DNA of 64,000 nt, taken from contig JBLNCG010000061.1 of the NCBI GenBank assembly GCA_050260475.1, forward strand, positions 6,851-70,850, in the 5' to 3' direction. Position 1 is the first letter of the stretch. Every line of letters starts with the position of its first letter. A program made the position numbers and the translations under genes. This document shows, piece after piece, positions 59,183 through 64,000 of the stretch. This DNA is from Bacillota bacterium. GTDB taxonomy: Bacteria > Bacillota > UBA4882 > JBLNCG01. The notes beneath the pieces are model-generated. The model saw only the letters and a program-made list of their open reading frames with translations. It was not told the origin of the DNA and made no database searches.

Positions 59183-60694
59183 ATGAAAGTGGAACTGATG
59201 GACACCACCCTGCGGGACGGCGAGCAGACTTCCGGCGTGGCTTTTACAGATATGGAAAAACTCAGTATCGCCAAAATGCTCCTCGACGAAGTGGGCGTGG
59301 ACCGCATAGAAATTGCATCCGCCCGGGTTTCACCCGGAGAATTCGAAGCGTCCCGCAAAATCCTTTCCTGGGCCGCATCTAAAGGCTGCCTTGACAGCGT
59401 GGAAATCCTCGGTTTTGTGGACGGCGGAAAGTCCGTGGACTGGATCCGGGATGCAGGCGGAAAGCTCATGAACCTTCTCTGCAAGGGCTCCTTAAAGCAC
59501 GCCCGCATCCAGTTGAAAAAGACTCCGGAAGAGCATATCTCGGATATCAAGGGTGCGGTGCTCTTCGCCGCAAAATCCGGCATCGAAACCAATGTATATC
59601 TGGAAGACTGGTCCAATGGAATGAAGGAATCCCCGGAATATGTATATCTTTTGCTGTCGTCCCTGCGGGATCTGAAGATCAAGAGGTTCATGCTTCCGGA
59701 CACGCTGGGAATCCTTACCCCGGACGATACATACCGGTATTGCCGGGAGGTGATCAGCCGTTTTCCGGATCTCAAGTTTGACTTTCACGGGCATAACGAT
59801 TACGACCTGTCCGTTGCCAATTCCCTGGCAGCCGTTAAAGCGGGCTGCTCGGGCGTCCATGCCACCGTCAACGGCTTGGGCGAACGGGCCGGCAACACAC
59901 CCCTGGCCAGTCTCGCCGCGGTGCTGAAGGACCACCTCTCGTGCGAACTGTCCATCCGCGAGAATATGCTTGTCAAAATCAGCAAACTGGTGGAAACTTT
60001 TGCCGGGCTGCGCATCTCCGCCAATAAGCCCATCGTGGGGGATCATGTGTTTACTCAAACCTGCGGCGTGCACGCGGACGGCGACAGCAAGGGAAACCTT
60101 TATTACAATAATCTCATGCCCGAAAGGTTCGGCCGGGTCCGCAAATACGCCCTGGGAAAGTCCTCCGGCAAGGCAAGCATCAAAAAAAATCTGGAAGACC
60201 TCGGAATCGAGCTGGATCCCGGATCCATGGCGAAAGTCACTGAAATGGTGGTGGAACTTGGCGACAAGAAGAAGAACATCACCGCAGAGGATCTGCCCTA
60301 TATCATTTCGGATGTACTGGGGAGCGGGACCTTGAAGGAAAAGATCAAAATAAGAAATTATTACATCTGCAACGCATACGGCCTTAAGCCTGTAGCCACC
60401 CTTTGCGTAGAGATCGACGGAAAAACATACGAAGAGACTGCCACCGGAGACGGGCAATACGATGCTTTCATGAAGGCGCTGTCGAAGATTTACGCATCGA
60501 TCGGCAAATGCCTTCCCACTCTCACGGATTATGTGGTCACCATTCCTCCGGGCGGAAGCACGGAAGCCCTTGTGGAAACGGTTATCACCTGGGAGCATAA
60601 CAAGGAATTTAAAACCAGGGGTCTGGATTCGGACCAAACCGCCGCCGCCATAAAAGCCACGCTGAAAATGCTCAATCTTATGGAGCAGTTTTAA
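59183..60694 (+). CDS. cimA: 2-isopropylmalate synthase/(R)-citramalate synthase family (LeuA/CimA)
   Basis: MKVELMDTTLRDGEQTSGVAFT (DRE-TIM barrel N-terminus), HxH metal site (FHGHNDYDLSVANSLAAVKAG), and a C-terminal LeuA-type regulatory domain. 503 aa fits citramalate synthase length. Confidence 0.85.
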   Translation: MKVELMDTTLRDGEQTSGVAFTDMEKLSIAKMLLDEVGVDRIEIASARVSPGEFEASRKILSWAASKGCLDSVEILGFVDGGKSVDWIRDAGGKLMNLLCKGSLKHARIQLKKTPEEHISDIKGAVLFAAKSGIETNVYLEDWSNGMKESPEYVYLLLSSLRDLKIKRFMLPDTLGILTPDDTYRYCREVISRFPDLKFDFHGHNDYDLSVANSLAAVKAGCSGVHATVNGLGERAGNTPLASLAAVLKDHLSCELSIRENMLVKISKLVETFAGLRISANKPIVGDHVFTQTCGVHADGDSKGNLYYNNLMPERFGRVRKYALGKSSGKASIKKNLEDLGIELDPGSMAKVTEMVVELGDKKKNITAEDLPYIISDVLGSGTLKEKIKIRNYYICNAYGLKPVATLCVEIDGKTYEETATGDGQYDAFMKALSKIYASIGKCLPTLTDYVVTIPPGGSTEALVETVITWEHNKEFKTRGLDSDQTAAAIKATLKMLNLMEQF

Positions 60695-60696
60695 CC

Positions 60697-61434
60697 ATGG
60701 CGATAATGAAGAAACCATCCGTCAAGGAAACCGACCTTTACCGGCCAATCCATGATTACCTCGTCCGGCAAGGGTACGCCGTGTACGGTGAGGTAAAAAA
60801 CTGCGATATCACCGCTCTTCGTGGCGAAGAACTGGTGGTAATCGAGTTGAAACGAAATTTTACCCTGCCACTGATTTTACAGGCCGTAAAGCGCCAGGAA
60901 TCGGCGGATTCCGTCTATGTGGCCGTGCCCCGGCCAAAAGGGTGCAAGGCCCTTTCCGCTCTCAGAGGCATGTTCCGCCTACTGCGCCGTTTGGAACTGG
61001 GATTGATCACCGTGGCTTTAGGAAAAGAAAACGCAACAGTGGAAATCCTGCTCCATCCGGCGCCTTTTGACCGTGCCGGAAGCAGGCGCTCTTCCCGACG
61101 TAAACGACTTCATATTATCCGCGAGATTGAAGGCCGCTCCGGAGACTATAATGCCGGCGGCAGCTCCCGCCGGGAAATTATGACCGCCTACCGTGAAAAC
61201 TGCATTCGCATCGCATGCTGCCTTGACAAATTCGGACCCCTTGCCCCGAAGGATTTGCGGGGAAGATTCGGCGCCGGCCCCAAAACCCAGTCCATTCTGG
61301 GAAAAAATTTTTATGGATGGTTTGACCGGGTAGAAAAGGGTTTGTATGCTTTGACCGAAAAAGGCCGGAAAGACCTGGCCAAATACCCCGCCATGGTAGA
61401 GCGCTTCACCCCCGTTCTCTCTTCTGCGGAATAG
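60697..61434 (+). CDS. Uncharacterised protein with N-terminal PD-(D/E)xK nuclease-like core and C-terminal winged-helix-like domain
   Basis: YGEVKNCDITALRGEELVVIELK fits the D...E-x-K restriction-endonuclease-like pattern. Its start ATG is 3 nt after the cimA stop. Confidence 0.45.
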   Translation: MAIMKKPSVKETDLYRPIHDYLVRQGYAVYGEVKNCDITALRGEELVVIELKRNFTLPLILQAVKRQESADSVYVAVPRPKGCKALSALRGMFRLLRRLELGLITVALGKENATVEILLHPAPFDRAGSRRSSRRKRLHIIREIEGRSGDYNAGGSSRREIMTAYRENCIRIACCLDKFGPLAPKDLRGRFGAGPKTQSILGKNFYGWFDRVEKGLYALTEKGRKDLAKYPAMVERFTPVLSSAE

Positions 61435-61539
61435 AGGGGAACACAATAAGGCTTCGAAGGCTCTGGGTTACCCTCTCTTCCGAAAAAGAGAGGGCAGGGG
61501 TGAGTTTCTCACAACGCTTTAACTGTCGGCGATAAACTT

Positions 61540-61657
61540 GAGCAATTTGTGTTGTAACGATATTTTTACGTCTTGCCACTGAATATCGATAGCCTAATGA
61601 TAACCATACACTATATTTAATGGCAAGACCTTGAATGAAGGTAACAACGCAATTGGC
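61540..61657 (+). repeat. Full copy of the palindromic intergenic repeat
   Basis: GAGCAATTTGTGTTGTAACGATATTTTTACGTCTTGCCACTGAATATCGATAGCCTAATGATAACCATACACTATATTTAATGGCAAGACCTTGAATGAAGGTAACAACGCAATTGGC. Confidence 0.85.
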
Positions 61658-61905
61658 TTAACTTAAAACAGGGAGGTCAGGCATTGCGCAATATTCTAAA
61701 AAAGTCGGGATGCGCCATGATATCTTTATCTCCTGGTTTCCCCTTTTACTGCGGAACCCGGAATTCGGAAAACACCGTATTACGGCATCTGGATCCATGG
61801 AACCGATCTCAAGACCAAGGAAAACGCCGATAAGACACCGGTATGATGTGTTTATAAGAAACTGCATAAAGAATCCGGGATAGTAAATGCTAATAATACT
61901 TATAC

Positions 61906-62391
61906 ATGCGGCAACGAGGTATGCCCTTGATAAAAGATAAGTTAGTCCTCGGTATGATCCTGGGGGCCGTTGCAAACCTTGTGAAATGCCTGCTTTCCAT
62001 ATTCCTATTCTTCTCCGGCGCTTTGGACTGCCTCTTCTGTCATATGGCCGCGGGCATGTTTTTCCGCGATATTTCCTTGTCATCGTTCCCTTTTGCCGCC
62101 CTGCTGGTGGGGTTTTGCGCAGACTTCATCCTTGGCGCTTTTCTGGGCGTTTTTTTTATTTATCTGTTACATTTTACAGGCCCCAGGTTTTTTTTATCCA
62201 AGGGGTTCGGGTATGGCGGGGCTGTATGGTTTTTATTTACCGGCGGCCTGATGTCTTTAGGGATTACCTCCATAATGGAAAGCCATCCATGGCACAGTTT
62301 GATCCTGCTCTTGCTGCACATCCTTTACGGAATGCTGCTGGGCATTCTGGCACAAAAATACGGCGCGCAAGCTTTCCTGGAAAATCCGTAG
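61906..62391 (+). CDS. Hypothetical small membrane protein (4 TM)
   Basis: 161-aa hydrophobic ORF lying between the repeat and gerA. Confidence 0.45.
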   Translation: MRQRGMPLIKDKLVLGMILGAVANLVKCLLSIFLFFSGALDCLFCHMAAGMFFRDISLSSFPFAALLVGFCADFILGAFLGVFFIYLLHFTGPRFFLSKGFGYGGAVWFLFTGGLMSLGITSIMESHPWHSLILLLLHILYGMLLGILAQKYGAQAFLENP

Positions 62392-62401
62392 CAGTTCGGC
62401 C

Positions 62402-62527
62402 GAAAAATTTATCGGGCCTGTCAAAACCGGCTGGCCTTTCTTAAGAGGCGCAGGGTCGGCGGAGCAGGTAAAAGTGCTGCAAATAGACATGGAAAGAAAA
62501 CGCATCGCCCTGACCCTGAAAAAATGA
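62402..62527 (+). pseudogene. Remnant of the C-terminal S1 RNA-binding domain of a Tex/YhgF-like protein
   Basis: EKFIGPVKTGWPFLRGAGSAEQVKVLQIDMERKRIALTLKK-stop resembles the C-terminal S1 motif (KF..P..VK.GD.V.VKVL.ID..RKRI.LS.K). No intact upstream domain is present. Confidence 0.35.
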
Positions 62528-62637
62528 AGGCACCCGGGCTTTTCTGTTAAAAACCGGCTTTTTACGAGTGCATAAAAAAATCTGTTACGGTAATACTCTT
62601 ACCACGCAGGTTTTTTATTTTTTAAAAGGATTTTTTA

Positions 62638-64000
62638 ATGGCGAATCAAGCTGAAAAAACATTGATTGCCTCAAACCTTGCGGAAACGCTGCAAAATATC
62701 AAAGATCGCCTGGGCAATCCCGCAGATTTGCGCATTATTCATCCCATGCCCGGCTCTTCCGGGCTAACCGCCGCCGTTTACTTTAACGGCCTGGTAAATG
62801 AGGGCATATTGTTTGGACAAATGCATGATCTGGCGAAAATGCCTCCGGACAGTGCGCATTTTTCACCAGCTACATCCCCGTCCCTGGAAGCGGTCCTGGC
62901 GGATATGTCCAAGGGATATGCCCTTTTCCTCATTTGGGAGCAAGGACAGTGCTTAATGCTGGCCATGGAGATTCCGGGCTGGCAATTGAGACCAATCGCT
63001 GAGCCTAAAGGCGAAACCCTGATCCGGGGGCCGCGGGAGGGCTTTACTGAGACCATCTCCGTCAATACCGCCATGATCCGACGGTGGATCAGCGATCCCG
63101 GCCTCAGGATTGAAGAGATTAAAGTGGGAACCCGTACTAAAACTTCCGTAGAACTGATTTACCTCTCCGGCGTGGCGAACCCCGCCCTGGTCCGCAACGT
63201 CAGGGAACGCATCGGCGCCATCAAGGTAGACGGCATTCTGGACTCGGGATATATCGAGCAGCTCATCACGGATAACAATATGACTTTATTCCCTCTGATT
63301 CAAAGCACGGAGCGCCCGGACAAAGCGGTGGCGGGGATACTCGAGGGGCGGGTCGCCGTGCTTGTGGACAAAAGCCCCTTCGCCCTAATCGTCCCCGTCA
63401 CCATCAACGAATTTTATCAGAGTCCCGAAGATTATTATTTCGGCTTTTATCTCGGCAGTTTCTTGCGCTTGCTGAGGCTTCTGGGCAACAACATCGCGGT
63501 GGCTTTTCCCGGCCTTTATATAGCCCTGGCGTCGTTCAATCCCGAATTGCTGCCCACCAATTTCGCCTACACCATATCCGAAAGCCGCAGGGGCATTCCA
63601 TATCCCATTTTTGTCGAGGTCCTCATCCTGGAAATCATCGTGGAAATTTTCCGCGAGGCGGGCCTAAGATTGCCCAGAACCATTAATATCACACTGGGCG
63701 TGGTGACCGGTGTCGCTGTAGCGTTCGCGGCCGTCCACGACCATCTGGTCTCCGGCACCTCCCTGGTGGTCGTGTCCATTACCGCCATTGCAGCCTTCAG
63801 CACCCCCGATTTTTCAATCAGCATCCCCTGGAGGATCCTAAAATTCATCATGATTATCAGCGCTTCCGCTTTCGGCATCGTAGGCCTTACCATCAGCGGC
63901 GTTTTCATCCTTGGCCATGCAGCCACTCTGGAGTCTTTCGGCACCTCCTTTCTGGCCCCCTGGGGGCCGATGCAACCCGCGGAATTAAGAGACACCGTAT
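62638..64000 (+). CDS. gerA: Spore germination protein, GerA (GerAA/GerKA) family, partial; continues beyond the window end
   Basis: ATG 62638 with the ORF open to the window end. Conserved GerA blocks are MIRRWISDPGLRIEEIKVGTRTKTSVELIYLSGVANPALV, IKVDGILDSGYIEQLITDN and STERPDKAVAGILEGRVAVLVDKSPFALIVPVT...QSPEDYY, followed by TM helices. Confidence 0.85.
   Translation, partial: MANQAEKTLIASNLAETLQNIKDRLGNPADLRIIHPMPGSSGLTAAVYFNGLVNEGILFGQMHDLAKMPPDSAHFSPATSPSLEAVLADMSKGYALFLIWEQGQCLMLAMEIPGWQLRPIAEPKGETLIRGPREGFTETISVNTAMIRRWISDPGLRIEEIKVGTRTKTSVELIYLSGVANPALVRNVRERIGAIKVDGILDSGYIEQLITDNNMTLFPLIQSTERPDKAVAGILEGRVAVLVDKSPFALIVPVTINEFYQSPEDYYFGFYLGSFLRLLRLLGNNIAVAFPGLYIALASFNPELLPTNFAYTISESRRGIPYPIFVEVLILEIIVEIFREAGLRLPRTINITLGVVTGVAVAFAAVHDHLVSGTSLVVVSITAIAAFSTPDFSISIPWRILKFIMIISASAFGIVGLTISGVFILGHAATLESFGTSFLAPWGPMQPAELRDTV

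Noticed and set aside
59492-60718. 408-aa reverse-strand ORF opposite cimA
   Set aside because: Antisense to a well-conserved isopropylmalate/citramalate synthase. No motifs.
2357-61657. Possibility that the repeated ~120-bp elements form a CRISPR array
   Set aside because: Copies are dispersed over the whole window, not tandemly arranged with unique spacers. They are internally palindromic and far longer than CRISPR repeats, and no cas genes are present.
1-64000. rRNA, tRNA, tmRNA, transposase, integrase and prophage genes
   Set aside because: No cloverleaf-like tRNA signatures (T-loop GTTCGA/GGTTCGAAT with matching acceptor stems), rRNA-conserved stretches, DDE/serine/tyrosine recombinase ORFs or phage structural genes were recognised by eye. 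A tRNAscan/Infernal run would be needed to exclude small RNAs formally.

Overview
This is a GC-rich (~55-58%) chromosomal segment from an endospore-forming Firmicute, identified by a GerA-family germination protein, a CwlD-like amidase, a SleB-type LysM cortex hydrolase and a UPF0291 protein. A predicted outer-membrane beta-barrel gene suggests the host may be diderm. Housekeeping genes present are pgi, asnB (apparently frameshifted at a G7 run), a secA-prfB pair with the programmed +1 frameshift of prfB, amt-glnK with a GAF-ANTAR antiterminator, cimA/leuA, xylB plus a xylose-isomerase-family gene, and several transporters (MATE, MFS, a ChrA half) and glycosidases (GH3+PA14, GH13). Four things are not explained by ordinary annotation. 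(i) A roughly 120-bp palindromic MITE/REP-like element occurs at 12 or more intergenic loci in both orientations. (ii) A five-gene cassette at 15.2-19.0 kb encodes a Rossmann-fold enzyme with GDDD in place of the SAM-binding Gly loop plus a DPPY motif, a GNAT acetyltransferase, an FkbH-like HAD phosphatase, an acyl carrier protein and a PHP phosphoesterase. (iii) A five-gene reverse-strand operon at 49.6-55.0 kb encodes a DPPR-synthase-type UbiA prenyltransferase, a PHP phosphoesterase, a DUF362 protein, a PMT_2/ArnT-like GT-C glycosyltransferase and a 2-hydroxyacid dehydrogenase. This looks like a decaprenyl-phospho-ribose/arabinose-type lipid-linked pentose glycosylation pathway outside the Actinobacteria. 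(iv) A corrinoid methyltransferase module sits next to an AraC regulator with a Cys-rich sensor domain. Also present are a low-GC island encoding a secreted double EF-hand protein, gene remnants (GH2, Lhr-like helicase, S1-domain tail), an orphan hypE, and candidate regulatory RNA structures. No rRNA, tRNA, CRISPR array, transposase or integrase was recognised.
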